A DNA stretch of 64,000 bases from Flavobacteriales bacterium (GTDB taxonomy: Bacteria > Bacteroidota > Bacteroidia > Flavobacteriales > TMED113). A program made the translations under genes and the position numbers. Below are positions 45,401-56,367 of this stretch, piece by piece. The notes beneath the pieces were generated by a model. That model was given only the letters and a program-made list of their open reading frames with translations, did no database searches and was not told the DNA's origin. Location: contig PAWM01000006.1 in assembly GCA_002714185.1 (NCBI GenBank), positions 33,345 through 97,344 of the forward strand. Reading direction: 5' to 3'. Numbering within the stretch: position 1 is the stretch's first letter; each line of letters begins with the position of its first letter.

Positions 45401-46170
45401 ATAAATTAACTAATATTAGTAAATCTGCAAAAATTGGAAAAAATCTAAAAATTGATTCATTCTCATCAATTCATGACAATGTAATAATTGGTGATAATTG
45501 CTGGATTGGCTCTAATGTAACTATATATCCAGGAGCAAGGATAGGTTCAAATTGTAAAATTTTCCCAGGAGCTGTAGTATCAGGGATTCCACAAGATTTA
45601 AAATTTAATGGTGAAGAAACTACTACTATTATTGGAAATGGAGTGATAATTAGAGAATGTGTGACAATTAATAGAGGCACAAGCTATAATAATACTACTA
45701 TTATTGAGGACAATGCATACTTAATGGCATATTCACATGTTGCTCATGATTGTATAATCAAAAATAATGTAATTATCGCAAATGGTGTTGCAATTGCAGG
45801 ACATGTAGAAATAGATGAATATGCAATAATTGGTGGACTTTCTGCTATTCAGCAATTTAGTAAAATTGGAAAATTTAGTATGATTTCAGGCGGGTCATTA
45901 GTAAGAAAAGATGTTCCACCATACATTAAAGTAGCTAAAGAACCTCTACGATTTATTGGTATAAATAATATTGGACTTAAAAGAAATAATTTTGAAAAAA
46001 TAAAAATAGAAAATATTTCTTCTATATATAGAATAATATTTCAAGAAGGTAATAATATTTCAAAAGCTATTGAAATCATTGAAAATAATCAAGAAACATC
46101 AAATGAGAAAAAAGAAATTCTTAAATTCATAAAAAATTCAAAAAGTGGAATTGTAAAAGGATTTTATTAA
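45397..46170 (+). CDS. lpxA: UDP-N-acetylglucosamine acyltransferase
   Basis: PQDLKF, IRECVTINRGT, HVAHDC, KDVPPY. Confidence 0.95.
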   Translation: MNKLTNISKSAKIGKNLKIDSFSSIHDNVIIGDNCWIGSNVTIYPGARIGSNCKIFPGAVVSGIPQDLKFNGEETTTIIGNGVIIRECVTINRGTSYNNTTIIEDNAYLMAYSHVAHDCIIKNNVIIANGVAIAGHVEIDEYAIIGGLSAIQQFSKIGKFSMISGGSLVRKDVPPYIKVAKEPLRFIGINNIGLKRNNFEKIKIENISSIYRIIFQEGNNISKAIEIIENNQETSNEKKEILKFIKNSKSGIVKGFY

Positions 46171-46172
46171 TT

Positions 46173-46742
46173 ATGGGAACTACAGCAGATTTTAAAAATG
46201 GACTATGTATAAAATACAATAATGATTTGTGGAAAATCGAATCATTTCAACATGTTAAACCAGGAAAAGGACCGGCTTTTGTGAGAACAAAAATCAGAAA
46301 CCTAAAAACATCTAGGATTCTAGAAAACACATTTACTGCAGGTGTGAAAATAGAAATTGTGAGAATAGAAAATAGAAATTATCAATTCTTATATAAAGAA
46401 GGTGATGACACATTCCATTTTATGAATCAAAAAAACTACGAACAAGTTGCATTACAAAAAGATATAATTAATGCTCCAGCATATTTAAAAGAAGGAAGTT
46501 CTGTTGATATTATGTTTCATGCAGAAAATGAGACACCACTATCATGCTCACTTCCTGCAAATGTTAATCTAGAAATTACATTTACGGAGCCTGGAGAAAA
46601 AGGAAATACTGCAACTAATGCCCTAAAACCTGCAACAACCGAAACTGGAGTAGAAGTTAAAGTTCCTTTATTTATTAACCAAGGTGATATTGTGAAAATT
46701 GACACATCCTCAGGTAATTATATAGAAAGGGTAAAACAATAA
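46173..46742 (+). CDS. efp: Elongation factor P
   Basis: HVKPGKGPAFVR, KPATTETG, VPLFI. Confidence 0.97.
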   Translation: MGTTADFKNGLCIKYNNDLWKIESFQHVKPGKGPAFVRTKIRNLKTSRILENTFTAGVKIEIVRIENRNYQFLYKEGDDTFHFMNQKNYEQVALQKDIINAPAYLKEGSSVDIMFHAENETPLSCSLPANVNLEITFTEPGEKGNTATNALKPATTETGVEVKVPLFINQGDIVKIDTSSGNYIERVKQ

Positions 46743-46753
46743 ATAAAAAATAT

Positions 46754-49700
46754 TTATTCAATTATCAAAACATCTCTTAATTCAAAATTATTTTGAGAAA
46801 TTTCTAAAACATAGAAGCCAGCTGAAATATTATTTTTACCTACCTTAATGTAATTTCCTAAAGTGCAATCTTCATAAATTAATTTACCAGATATTTCAAA
46901 AATCTTTATTGAAGTCTCAACATTATCCAATGTGTTAAAACTTATAATAGTGAAATCAGAAAAAGGATTTGGAAAAATAGAATAATGGATTTGAGCATTT
47001 GTTTCTAATGATAATTCATCGCAAACATCTCCAATACCATTATTATTTACATCTAATTGTCCCGGGTTTGCAATACTTGGACAATTATCAATAATATCAC
47101 ACACGCCATCTCCATCTAAATCATCAAAAACACCATCTTCATTTAGATCTGAACAGTAGCCTAAACAATTATAAGGTCCATTTACATAACCTAAACTATC
47201 AGAAATAAAATATGATGAAGGATAAGTGTCACAGTCATCTAAATAACAATAGACACAACAATTGTCACACATTATGTCTGCCCAAAAATCATAATTACAA
47301 GCTGATTCATCCATACAGCCAAATTGACCTCCGTCAGAATCATCACATGAATTACCAATACCATCTCCATCAACATCTGTTTGTAAAGGGTTGTAATACA
47401 TTGAGTAATCAAATCCATCTAAACAATCAGGAACACCATCACCTCCCAATTGAGTTGTCATTGTAATATTATTTAATATGTCTATTTGACTATTATACAT
47501 ACAGTTATCAACCGTGTCTGTTGTGAAAATCATAATACAGTCGATTAACCCATCGCCTGGACCTTCCCCTGTTAAATTATTTAACACATCCGTTTGATCT
47601 ATATTTCCCAGATCATCATAGCAATGACTAAATTGATTCCAATCACATATTCCATCATTATCACAATCATATAAACAATTACCATCACAATCATAATAAC
47701 CATAACCATATAAATCAATTGGATATATACATGGATTTTGAAAATCCGTCATTGAATATTGATTAATATTTGCAATTGGATTATAATTACATGCAGCTAA
47801 TCCAGGTATGGCAGACCATACATTTGTACCATCATCCATACAACCATAATAATTACACAGTCCGTTATCTATATCGGCAGTAGGATCATAATTATCTGCC
47901 TCTAGATCCATACAACCCTCTGATGGAGTGCATGAATCACAGTCACTATTAGAACTATCAAAACATAAAGTAGAATAATCAAAATTATCGCAATTATAAT
48001 CACAATATTGACTACTAAAACTTATGTATTGTTGATTGGACAAAGCAGATAAATTAGTTATTTGATTTTTTAAAGACAGTGAATCAAATTTCCAATAACC
48101 TTCTAATTTACCTACATCATTATTTTGTTCTAAACTAATATCTAAATTAATATCAATATTGTCACCTAATCTTTCTTGAATCTCAATTTCAGACAATGCT
48201 CTACTCCAAATTCGAAATTCATCTATTTTAACATCACAAAATAGTTGTCCTTCGTCATAATTTAACGATGCTTGATTTGCACCTATAATTTTTTTATCTA
48301 GTGAATCTAAAGAAAATATAGGAGTATCATAATACACTTGAGTTAATGACTGCTGAACTATATGTCCATCAATATATAATCGTATAGAATTTGAACAAAA
48401 AACAGCAGTTATATTTTTCCAACCACATTCTCCATCTTCCCACCAATTATATATATCCTCATTATTTACATAATCATAAGGCGGAATAATATATGTTGTA
48501 TTTGTTTGATTTTGATTATAACAAATTACCCCATCCTCACATTCACCGTCATCTAAAATATTTTTTTCATAATAAGCTTGAATACCTTTAACCCCATCAC
48601 GCCATCTAATTACATATCTACTATTATTTGAATCTCCAAAATCTAAAAAATAACCAAATCCTTCACTGTTTTGAGACGATAATGACCAATCATCATCATA
48701 AGCCCAAAAAGATATTGTTACACCATTTGCATCTTGAAAATGAAGATCATTAACCTCAATGTAGCTCGAATTATCTATAAAATCTATACTTGCACAATAA
48801 TTACAAGACCCGTCATTAAATGTTGCCTCTGCATAAAAATTAATTGCTTGAAAATCAGTACAACCTAATATATCATCATTATCACATATACCATTGGGGT
48901 ATAATGTATCATTAAACGGATCTAATGGACAGATGTCTATATTTCCACAAATTCCATCACCATCAATATCATTATCTGAATCATTTGGACATATATCTAA
49001 ATTTCCACAAATTCCATCACCATCAATATCATTATCTGAATCATTTGGACATGTATCACAACCATCAGGAATATTATCTTCATCTGAATCCTGAAAATCA
49101 TTAGCACCGGGACATATATCACAACCATTGGGAACACCATCTGAATCAGTATCTATATAATCATAAAACCCGGGACATATATCAACATCTCCACAAACTC
49201 CATCATTATCTGAATCATTATCTGAATCATTTGGACAAGAATCACAAGCATCTCCAACTCCATCTCCGTCTGTATCCATTTGATTATTATTTATTGTAAG
49301 TATACAATTATCACAAGCATTACCTATACCGTCATTATCAAAATCTACTTGAAAAGAATTACTAATCTCAGGACAATTATCGCAATCATCTGCATAATTA
49401 TCTCCATCTTGATTTAAATTATCATCCCCATTTTCACATTGATCATCATTATCACACACACCGTCATTGTCAATATCATTATCAATCAATAAACCAGTAC
49501 CATCAATAGGAACATTGCCATAATTTGGATTGAAATTTGGATTTAGAATTGTTTCTTCAAAATCATCATCTAAATAATCGGGAGTATTATTATTATTAAT
49601 TATATTAATATATTGCTCAGGACTACCTGTTTCATCCAGTGAACAAACATCACAAACAGTCTCAATAAATAAACAACAATCTTCACTGCCATCGTTACAA

Positions 49701-50560
49701 GAAAGTGTTGCATTGATATCATAATTACATGCAACAGTATTCATACATCCTATGCAAGTATAATCACAAGAACCATCATTTAGAGTAATTGATTCACCGC
49801 CATAATTACATGCAAATGGATCTTCACATCCATAACAACTTTCAAAATCAATGCAGGCTGTTGGGATAATAGCATCTGGATTATAATCACATGCTATTGA
49901 ACTCATACAACCAGCACATGATTGATATTCACAAGTTTCGTTATCACTTGTTGCATCTTCATTATAATTACATGCATTTGGATCTAAACATCCAAAACAA
50001 GAATAATCACATTCAAATTGAAGAGATTCTACAAAAAAAGAATCAAATAAAGAAATACCATTTACAACATATATACTTTCTATATTTTCCTCATTTGTTA
50101 CTCCTGTATTTTGATCTAATACATAAATACTTAAACTTACTTGAGCGGCAAAAACTAAATTTTGATAATTATTATTTAAACTATCAGTCAACTCTCTCTT
50201 TACAAAAAAATAAATTTCTTGATTAGACAAACAACCATCTTGAACATCAGTAGTGACATCGTCTCCAAAAATAGTTAAAACTGTATTTTGACCTTGAAAA
50301 GTTGTTAACCCTACACAAAGATAATCACCTAAATCATTAATAATAAATGCACCTATTTGATCATTATACACTAAATTATTTTGTGAAAATTCATCTAGCC
50401 CAATTGTCATATTTGAATTTGTAACATAAGGTTCATTAAATGATAACAGAGATTCTGATGAATCAAAATTATAATTACAAGCAGCTAAATCTAAACAAGT
50501 AGACTGAGCATTTATTATTAAGCAGATAAGTGTAAAAGATAAGAATACAAATTTTCGCAT
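46754..50560 (-). CDS. Secreted Cys/Asp-rich repeat protein with TSP type-3-like repeats, a LamG-like domain and a T9SS C-terminal domain
   Basis: Signal peptide; GCxDxxACNY repeats; DxDGDG(I/V)xDxCDxCP repeats; IDEFRIWSRALS...EGYWKFD; C-terminal IFPNP...IFEISGKLI...AGFYVL. Confidence 0.85.
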   Translation of the reverse strand: MRKFVFLSFTLICLIINAQSTCLDLAACNYNFDSSESLLSFNEPYVTNSNMTIGLDEFSQNNLVYNDQIGAFIINDLGDYLCVGLTTFQGQNTVLTIFGDDVTTDVQDGCLSNQEIYFFVKRELTDSLNNNYQNLVFAAQVSLSIYVLDQNTGVTNEENIESIYVVNGISLFDSFFVESLQFECDYSCFGCLDPNACNYNEDATSDNETCEYQSCAGCMSSIACDYNPDAIIPTACIDFESCYGCEDPFACNYGGESITLNDGSCDYTCIGCMNTVACNYDINATLSCNDGSEDCCLFIETVCDVCSLDETGSPEQYINIINNNNTPDYLDDDFEETILNPNFNPNYGNVPIDGTGLLIDNDIDNDGVCDNDDQCENGDDNLNQDGDNYADDCDNCPEISNSFQVDFDNDGIGNACDNCILTINNNQMDTDGDGVGDACDSCPNDSDNDSDNDGVCGDVDICPGFYDYIDTDSDGVPNGCDICPGANDFQDSDEDNIPDGCDTCPNDSDNDIDGDGICGNLDICPNDSDNDIDGDGICGNIDICPLDPFNDTLYPNGICDNDDILGCTDFQAINFYAEATFNDGSCNYCASIDFIDNSSYIEVNDLHFQDANGVTISFWAYDDDWSLSSQNSEGFGYFLDFGDSNNSRYVIRWRDGVKGIQAYYEKNILDDGECEDGVICYNQNQTNTTYIIPPYDYVNNEDIYNWWEDGECGWKNITAVFCSNSIRLYIDGHIVQQSLTQVYYDTPIFSLDSLDKKIIGANQASLNYDEGQLFCDVKIDEFRIWSRALSEIEIQERLGDNIDINLDISLEQNNDVGKLEGYWKFDSLSLKNQITNLSALSNQQYISFSSQYCDYNCDNFDYSTLCFDSSNSDCDSCTPSEGCMDLEADNYDPTADIDNGLCNYYGCMDDGTNVWSAIPGLAACNYNPIANINQYSMTDFQNPCIYPIDLYGYGYYDCDGNCLYDCDNDGICDWNQFSHCYDDLGNIDQTDVLNNLTGEGPGDGLIDCIMIFTTDTVDNCMYNSQIDILNNITMTTQLGGDGVPDCLDGFDYSMYYNPLQTDVDGDGIGNSCDDSDGGQFGCMDESACNYDFWADIMCDNCCVYCYLDDCDTYPSSYFISDSLGYVNGPYNCLGYCSDLNEDGVFDDLDGDGVCDIIDNCPSIANPGQLDVNNNGIGDVCDELSLETNAQIHYSIFPNPFSDFTIISFNTLDNVETSIKIFEISGKLIYEDCTLGNYIKVGKNNISAGFYVLEISQNNFELRDVLIIE
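48941..49052. repeat. 60-bp-period tandem repeat with a 52-bp identical core
   Basis: atttccacaaattccatcaccatcaatatcattatctgaatcatttggacat at 48941-48992 and 49001-49052; degenerate third copy near 49191-49237. Confidence 0.95.
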
Positions 50561-50610
50561 ATGATAAAATTGATTAAGGCACTACATTTATTAAAGTTAA
50601 ACAAATTTGT

Positions 50611-52065
50611 TTATCTAAATGATATTGAATTAGATTGTTTTTTATCATTTACTAAATCTATTGCAACAAGCATTGCAAATACAGCCCAAATAGCAACAGA
50701 AGCTTTATCTGTATCTAGAAAGTTATTGAAAAAACCATGAATAAAATAACTAATCAACGATATAACAATTGACAATAATAATGTTCTTTGTTGACTACAC
50801 CGACTTGAATAATACATATTAATAGCAGAAATTACAGAAACTAACACTAACACACACAATGTAATCAATCCCAAAATACCTGATTCAGAAAGAGCACCTA
50901 AGTACTCACTGTGAGCATTACCCATATCACCTGAATTAGAACTTATAATAGTGCGATCATTATATAATTGAAACCGTGCATATTCAAACTGATATGTTCC
51001 TGGACCCCAGCCAAAAAAAGGTTTTTCAAGGAACATTTTTAATGCACACTTCCATCTATTAATTCTTTCCATATTAGATGCATCTGTTGAAATATTAGAA
51101 ATAGAAGTTACATGCTCTATTAAATTATCTGAACTATCTTGCCTATTAGATTCCAGTAATGTTAAAATAGAAGTTTGAAAAAAAATAAAAACTATAAGTA
51201 TAATTAAGGGAGAAATAAATAGAAATTTTCTATTTATTTTAAATCTTATCATGAGACCAATTATTATACTTATAAATAAACTAATCCAAGCGGCTCTTGT
51301 AAAAGATAAAACTAAACCTATAATTAAAATTATAATTATACTAAACAAAAAAAATCTTAAGAGAATATTATTTTTTTTTATCCAACAAACACCAACAGTT
51401 AAAGGTAAAAAAAATGCAATTATTGCACCATAAGATGTATGGTCATTAAAAAATGGTGACATCATATAATGAGCAGATTCCTTATCAAATAAAAAACCTG
51501 CATGTTTTATTGAAGTATATATAATAACAATAGACAATGGAACAACATAAAATAAAACAAAATAAAATATGTTATTTTTATTTTGAAAAATAGTAATCCC
51601 AAGAAAAAAAATTGGAATAATATACCAAAGTCGAGTAAGCAAAAATTTAAATGAAACAATAGGTGAAGTAGACGTAATAGAGGTTATAAATATCCAAAAT
51701 AAATACATTAAAATACAAAGTGTAATTGGATGCCTAAAAATACTTCTAAATGTATTTAGTTGATATGCTATTAGAAATAATATCAATATCATAAAACCAA
51801 ATAAAATAGGTTCAGTAGGAAAAGCCATTTCGACATCTGATAAAAACAACCCTAAATCGGCAAGTGAAACAGAAAAAGGAGTTAGTATAACAACAAGGAA
51901 AAAAAGATATTTATAATTAAATAAAGATAAAATCACTATACATAACAACAGCGGAATGGATAATAAAATCAACTTATCTTCTGCTAAGAAGTAAGAAATA
52001 GAAAATAAGTATAATATCGATGTAAGAAAAAGTAATAAATTATTTCTTATTATTATTGACATCAC
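50611..52065 (-). CDS. O-antigen ligase/polymerase-family membrane protein
   Basis: Many TM segments, SFTRAAWI, SNMERINRW, P.FGWGPG, NAHSEYL. Confidence 0.85.
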   Translation of the reverse strand: MMSIIIRNNLLLFLTSILYLFSISYFLAEDKLILLSIPLLLCIVILSLFNYKYLFFLVVILTPFSVSLADLGLFLSDVEMAFPTEPILFGFMILILFLIAYQLNTFRSIFRHPITLCILMYLFWIFITSITSTSPIVSFKFLLTRLWYIIPIFFLGITIFQNKNNIFYFVLFYVVPLSIVIIYTSIKHAGFLFDKESAHYMMSPFFNDHTSYGAIIAFFLPLTVGVCWIKKNNILLRFFLFSIIIILIIGLVLSFTRAAWISLFISIIIGLMIRFKINRKFLFISPLIILIVFIFFQTSILTLLESNRQDSSDNLIEHVTSISNISTDASNMERINRWKCALKMFLEKPFFGWGPGTYQFEYARFQLYNDRTIISSNSGDMGNAHSEYLGALSESGILGLITLCVLVLVSVISAINMYYSSRCSQQRTLLLSIVISLISYFIHGFFNNFLDTDKASVAIWAVFAMLVAIDLVNDKKQSNSISFR

Positions 52066-53060
52066 TTGATTGATGATAAAGATTCAAATACCACCATTGA
52101 TAGAATAGAAAATATAGTTACAGAAAGTAGTGAACTAAACACAATGAACCATCGAACAGGATAAGATTTTTTATCAGCAGGATAAGCTCTGTTGATTACA
52201 AACTTGTTTTCTAATATATATTCAGTATCAATTGCAACTCGATCAAATTCAAATTCAATAAGTGCAAGTTCTTCTTCAATCTCATAACTTTTTCTTAATA
52301 AGACATCATGATTACCCGAAAATTGTGCTAATGTATTTAACTCTCGTTTTATTCTATCAGCACCGCTGAGATTATTTGCAGCCAATGCTATACCATATTG
52401 CTCAGTCAGCCTTTCAATTTGATGAACAGTAGATACAATTCCATATGAACGATATTTCTTTAAAGAATCTTGAGTGTCATTTCTCTGTTGATATAATAAA
52501 TCTTTTCTTCTGTCTAGAACCTGTAGTGCCTGTTGGGCTCTAGCCTCTCTAATTCGTGCAATAACAAAATCAATTAGAATCAGATACTCATTAGCTATAT
52601 TAGCAGCTAATTGAGGATTCTTATCGAGAACACTGATTTCAATGGAGTTGAATTTAGTTTTTTTTATTTTTACTGCCTTAGAATACAAATCCTTCATTAT
52701 TGTTCGATAGTAAGGATCATTGGGACTAATTTTATAATGTTCAAATAAATTAAATCTATTTACAATAGAATCTCTAATTTCATCACTATTTAAAACTTGT
52801 AATAATTGCTCGGCTTGTTCTTCTTCTCCAAATTCTAAAACATCTTTTCTATATGGGTTATGTTCAACTAATAAAGCTTGAGAAACAGAATTTGTAGTTG
52901 TAGGATAGATAATAACTGAAGATTGGAATTTTTCTTCAATTAAAAATAATGATATTAGTGAGCTAATTATAATAGTTATAAAAGCTACAAAACAAAGCAG
53001 TCTAAAGTACTTACTTATAATTTTGAGAAGCCAAAAAAAATCATACTGAGAATCTTTCAT
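52062..53060 (-). CDS. Wzz-like chain-length determinant
   Basis: N- and C-terminal TMs, central coiled coil, A.PADKKSYPVRW. Confidence 0.8.
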   Translation of the reverse strand: MKDSQYDFFWLLKIISKYFRLLCFVAFITIIISSLISLFLIEEKFQSSVIIYPTTTNSVSQALLVEHNPYRKDVLEFGEEEQAEQLLQVLNSDEIRDSIVNRFNLFEHYKISPNDPYYRTIMKDLYSKAVKIKKTKFNSIEISVLDKNPQLAANIANEYLILIDFVIARIREARAQQALQVLDRRKDLLYQQRNDTQDSLKKYRSYGIVSTVHQIERLTEQYGIALAANNLSGADRIKRELNTLAQFSGNHDVLLRKSYEIEEELALIEFEFDRVAIDTEYILENKFVINRAYPADKKSYPVRWFIVFSSLLSVTIFSILSMVVFESLSSIK

Positions 53061-53077
53061 AGAAATTTAAATTTTAC

Positions 53078-53085
53078 CAAATATA
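53078..53085 (-). promoter_or_regulatory. -7 element (TATATTTG) before the wzz-like gene
   Basis: TAnnTTTG match 17 nt upstream of ATG 53060. Confidence 0.4.
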
Positions 53086-53092
53086 ATATAAC

Positions 53093-54541
53093 TTATTTTA
53101 ATTTAAATTTATTTTCTATTAACATATTGAAATCAGAAATTTTAATAAGCTTCGTAATGAATAACCAAATCACACTAAACATTATGTATACACAAAATCT
53201 ATAGTGTAAATCAAGTGATAAATCCTTTAATATATATGTAAAAATAATTAACCCACTTATAAAAAATATAATTTTCATAAATGTTCTTTTCAGATTCAGC
53301 TCAAAAATATATACACATAAAATAATTTGAGCAAATCCAGTTAAAAATTGAGTTATTAAACTAGCAATAGCTGAACCAAGAGCATGGTATTGAGGTATTA
53401 AATAGAGGTTTAAAAAAATATTCAAAATAACTCCACATCCAGCTACAATATTTAGATAATATAAATTTCCATTTGCAGTTAATAATGTCCCATATATATA
53501 TGTTGACGACACACAAATAAAACAAAGCATTAAAACACTAAAAATAGTAGATGATTCTAATATATAATCACTGTATCTTAACTCTATTATTTCTAAACTA
53601 AAGAAACAACAAAATATTGACAATATTAATGCAGAGGAAATTAATGTCTTAAATGAAAAATCTATAATTTCATGAATTGACTCATTTAACTTAATCATCC
53701 TAGATAAAATAGGTAGTAATAGTGCTGCAAATAAATAAGCTAACATATTTGAAGCCTCAAAAAATCTATATGCTTGTGCATATATACCAGCCTGTTCTGC
53801 AGAATCATTAATCATTCTCTCCAACATAATACTATCAATTCTATAGTAAATTGTCATCAATAGAATTAATAGTGCATATGGTAAACTTTTTTTTAAAATC
53901 AAAATAGCAAATAATTTATTCCAATGAAATTGGAATCTTGAAGTCCGACGAATTACCAAACTAAAAGAAAACAATAAAGTAATACTATAAGCAGCCGTTT
54001 GAGCATAAACAAACCATTCAATTTGAAAAGCACTATTAAATGTACCCCCCCATAATAATATAGAGCAAATAATAATTAACAATAGTCTATCTAGAATTGA
54101 AATAAATCCGTCTTGAAAAAACAAATGTAAACCTGCTAAGTTAGACCTCACATATAAAATAAAAGCTACCAAAGATTGATTCAAGGCAAGTATCATAAGT
54201 ATTTTAAATTGTGTCTTGTCATAACCAATAAATACAGCAATTAAAACAGTAGCAAGTAAATAAAATAAAACCAGAAATATTCTTAAAGTAATTATACCTG
54301 AAAAATGTTTATCTAACAACTGCTGATGCTGTGCAATATTCTTTACATTAAAATTAGTAATACCTAAATCTAAAATGATATTTAAAAGAAACGAAAAATT
54401 AATTAATGCAAAATAATTACCGTAGACACTAGCTCCTACTCTATTGATTACCTCAGCATCAATTCCTAATATATAAAATGGTTTTATGAGTAAATTTAAA
54501 ACTACAACCAAAAGTAAATTCCAAATAAATTTCCTTTTCAT
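53093..54541 (-). CDS. Wzx-type polysaccharide flippase
   Basis: Many TM segments, LDLGI, YRIDSIML, GIYAQAYR, LNLYLIP.Y.ALGSAIA. Confidence 0.87.
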   Translation of the reverse strand: MKRKFIWNLLLVVVLNLLIKPFYILGIDAEVINRVGASVYGNYFALINFSFLLNIILDLGITNFNVKNIAQHQQLLDKHFSGIITLRIFLVLFYLLATVLIAVFIGYDKTQFKILMILALNQSLVAFILYVRSNLAGLHLFFQDGFISILDRLLLIIICSILLWGGTFNSAFQIEWFVYAQTAAYSITLLFSFSLVIRRTSRFQFHWNKLFAILILKKSLPYALLILLMTIYYRIDSIMLERMINDSAEQAGIYAQAYRFFEASNMLAYLFAALLLPILSRMIKLNESIHEIIDFSFKTLISSALILSIFCCFFSLEIIELRYSDYILESSTIFSVLMLCFICVSSTYIYGTLLTANGNLYYLNIVAGCGVILNIFLNLYLIPQYHALGSAIASLITQFLTGFAQIILCVYIFELNLKRTFMKIIFFISGLIIFTYILKDLSLDLHYRFCVYIMFSVIWLFITKLIKISDFNMLIENKFKLK

Positions 54542-54630
54542 ATATGATTAACTAAATAAGTTTTTTTAAGTTAACGTAAAATATCTAATTATCATATTAA
54601 CAATTATTGATAATTCATTAAATTACATAA

Positions 54631-55749
54631 ATGAGGATTGCAATAAATACAAGATTACTTATCAAAGATAAAATCGATGGTATTGGTAAGTTTACATTTG
54701 AAATCCTAAAAAGAATAGTAAATAATAATCCAGAAGTTGAATTTCACTTCATATTTGACAGACCCTTTTCTTCGGACTTTATATTTAACAAAAATATTAT
54801 ACCACATATATTACCACCTGCAACACGACATCCAGTATTATGGTATTTCTGGGTAGAATTTCAACTCCCTAGACTTCTTAAGAAGATTCAAGCAGATGTT
54901 TTTTTTTCTCCTGATGGATTTATTCCTCAAAACTGCATATCACCATCAATAGCAGTTATACATGATATAAATTTTGAACACTTTCCAAATGATTTAAATT
55001 GGACACATAGTGTTTTTTACAGATACTATTTTAAAAAATATGCAAATCGTGCAAATAAAATAATTACCGTATCAAATTTTTCAAAAAATGATATCAAAAA
55101 GCAATATGGAATTGATGACAAAAAAATAGATGTAGTATATAATGGTGTGTCCGAATACTTTCACTCTGCATCTAACCAAACACAATTGCAAATAAAAGAA
55201 AAATACACTAATGGTAAAGATTTTTTTCTTTTCATAGGTAGCTTGCACAAACGAAAAAATATCAAAAATTTGTTATTGTCTTTTGACCAGTACAAAAAAA
55301 ACAATGGTCAATCTAAATTATTAATAATAGGGGAAAATAAATGGCTAGACAAAAGCACAAAAAAAATACATCAGAAAATGAATTATACAAATGATGTATT
55401 TTTTTTAGGGCGTCTTAAAAATAGCGAGTTAGTTGATATTTTAGGGTCTGCAAAAGCTCTGTGTTTCATTTCTTTATTCGAAGGATTTGGCCTCCCAATT
55501 ATTGAAGCAATGAAATGTAATGTGCCGGTAATTACCTCTAACACTAGCTGTATGCCAGAAATTGCTGATAATGCAGCAATTATTATTAATCCTCATAGTA
55601 CCGAAGAAATATCAAATGCTATGATGCAAATAGAAAAAAATCCTATGACTAGAAAGTCACTTATTAAAAATGGGGAAAATAGAATTAAAGATTTTGATTG
55701 GTCAAAAAGTGCTAATCTTATATGGAAGATAATCAAATCTATAAACTAA
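54631..55749 (+). CDS. Glycosyltransferase family 4
   Basis: IHDINF, TVSNFSK, RKN, EGFGLPIIEAM. Confidence 0.92.
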   Translation: MRIAINTRLLIKDKIDGIGKFTFEILKRIVNNNPEVEFHFIFDRPFSSDFIFNKNIIPHILPPATRHPVLWYFWVEFQLPRLLKKIQADVFFSPDGFIPQNCISPSIAVIHDINFEHFPNDLNWTHSVFYRYYFKKYANRANKIITVSNFSKNDIKKQYGIDDKKIDVVYNGVSEYFHSASNQTQLQIKEKYTNGKDFFLFIGSLHKRKNIKNLLLSFDQYKKNNGQSKLLIIGENKWLDKSTKKIHQKMNYTNDVFFLGRLKNSELVDILGSAKALCFISLFEGFGLPIIEAMKCNVPVITSNTSCMPEIADNAAIIINPHSTEEISNAMMQIEKNPMTRKSLIKNGENRIKDFDWSKSANLIWKIIKSIN

Positions 55750-55754
55750 AGAAA

Positions 55755-56366
55755 ATGACTATTAAAAAATATCATAGTGATTTATTAATCTGCGGATGTG
55801 ACGAAGCTGGTAGAGGAGCTTTAGCAGGTCCAGTGGTTGCAAGTGCAGTTATGTTAAAGAATGATTTTTTTCACCCAGATTTAAATGACTCAAAAAAATT
55901 ATCAAAAAATAAACGAATTCAATTAGCAAAATATATAAAAACAAAAAGCTTGCAATGGAGCATTGGAATAATCAATGTTAAAGAAATTGATAAAATTAAT
56001 ATTCTAAATTCATCAATTAAGGCAATGCATATTGCAATAGACGAAATTATTAAAAAAAGTGAAAAAAAACCTGAATTATTAATTATTGATGGTAACAAAT
56101 TCAACCCCTATCCAAATATCAATCACAAATGCATTATTAAAGGCGATGCTAAATTTGCTTCAATTGCAGCAGCCTCAATAATCGCTAAAACACATCGTGA
56201 TACAATTATGCATAAACTTCATATTAAATATCCTGAATATAATTGGCTCTGTAATAATGGGTATCCAACAAAAGAACATAGAAAACAAATCATTTCATAT
56301 GGAATATCAATACATCATAGAAAAAGCTTTAAATTGTTGGAAAAACAATATACACTTCAATTATAG
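55755..56366 (+). CDS. rnhB: Ribonuclease HII
   Basis: DEAGRGALAGPV, DSKKL, IDG, KGD, AASIIAK, GYPT; start set at ATG 55755. Confidence 0.95.
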   Translation: MTIKKYHSDLLICGCDEAGRGALAGPVVASAVMLKNDFFHPDLNDSKKLSKNKRIQLAKYIKTKSLQWSIGIINVKEIDKINILNSSIKAMHIAIDEIIKKSEKKPELLIIDGNKFNPYPNINHKCIIKGDAKFASIAAASIIAKTHRDTIMHKLHIKYPEYNWLCNNGYPTKEHRKQIISYGISIHHRKSFKLLEKQYTLQL

Positions 56367-56367
56367 T

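Noticed and set aside
48941-49237. CRISPR-like repeat array
   Set aside because: The repeats are in-frame coding repeats with a 60-bp period, no unique spacers of CRISPR size and no cas genes.
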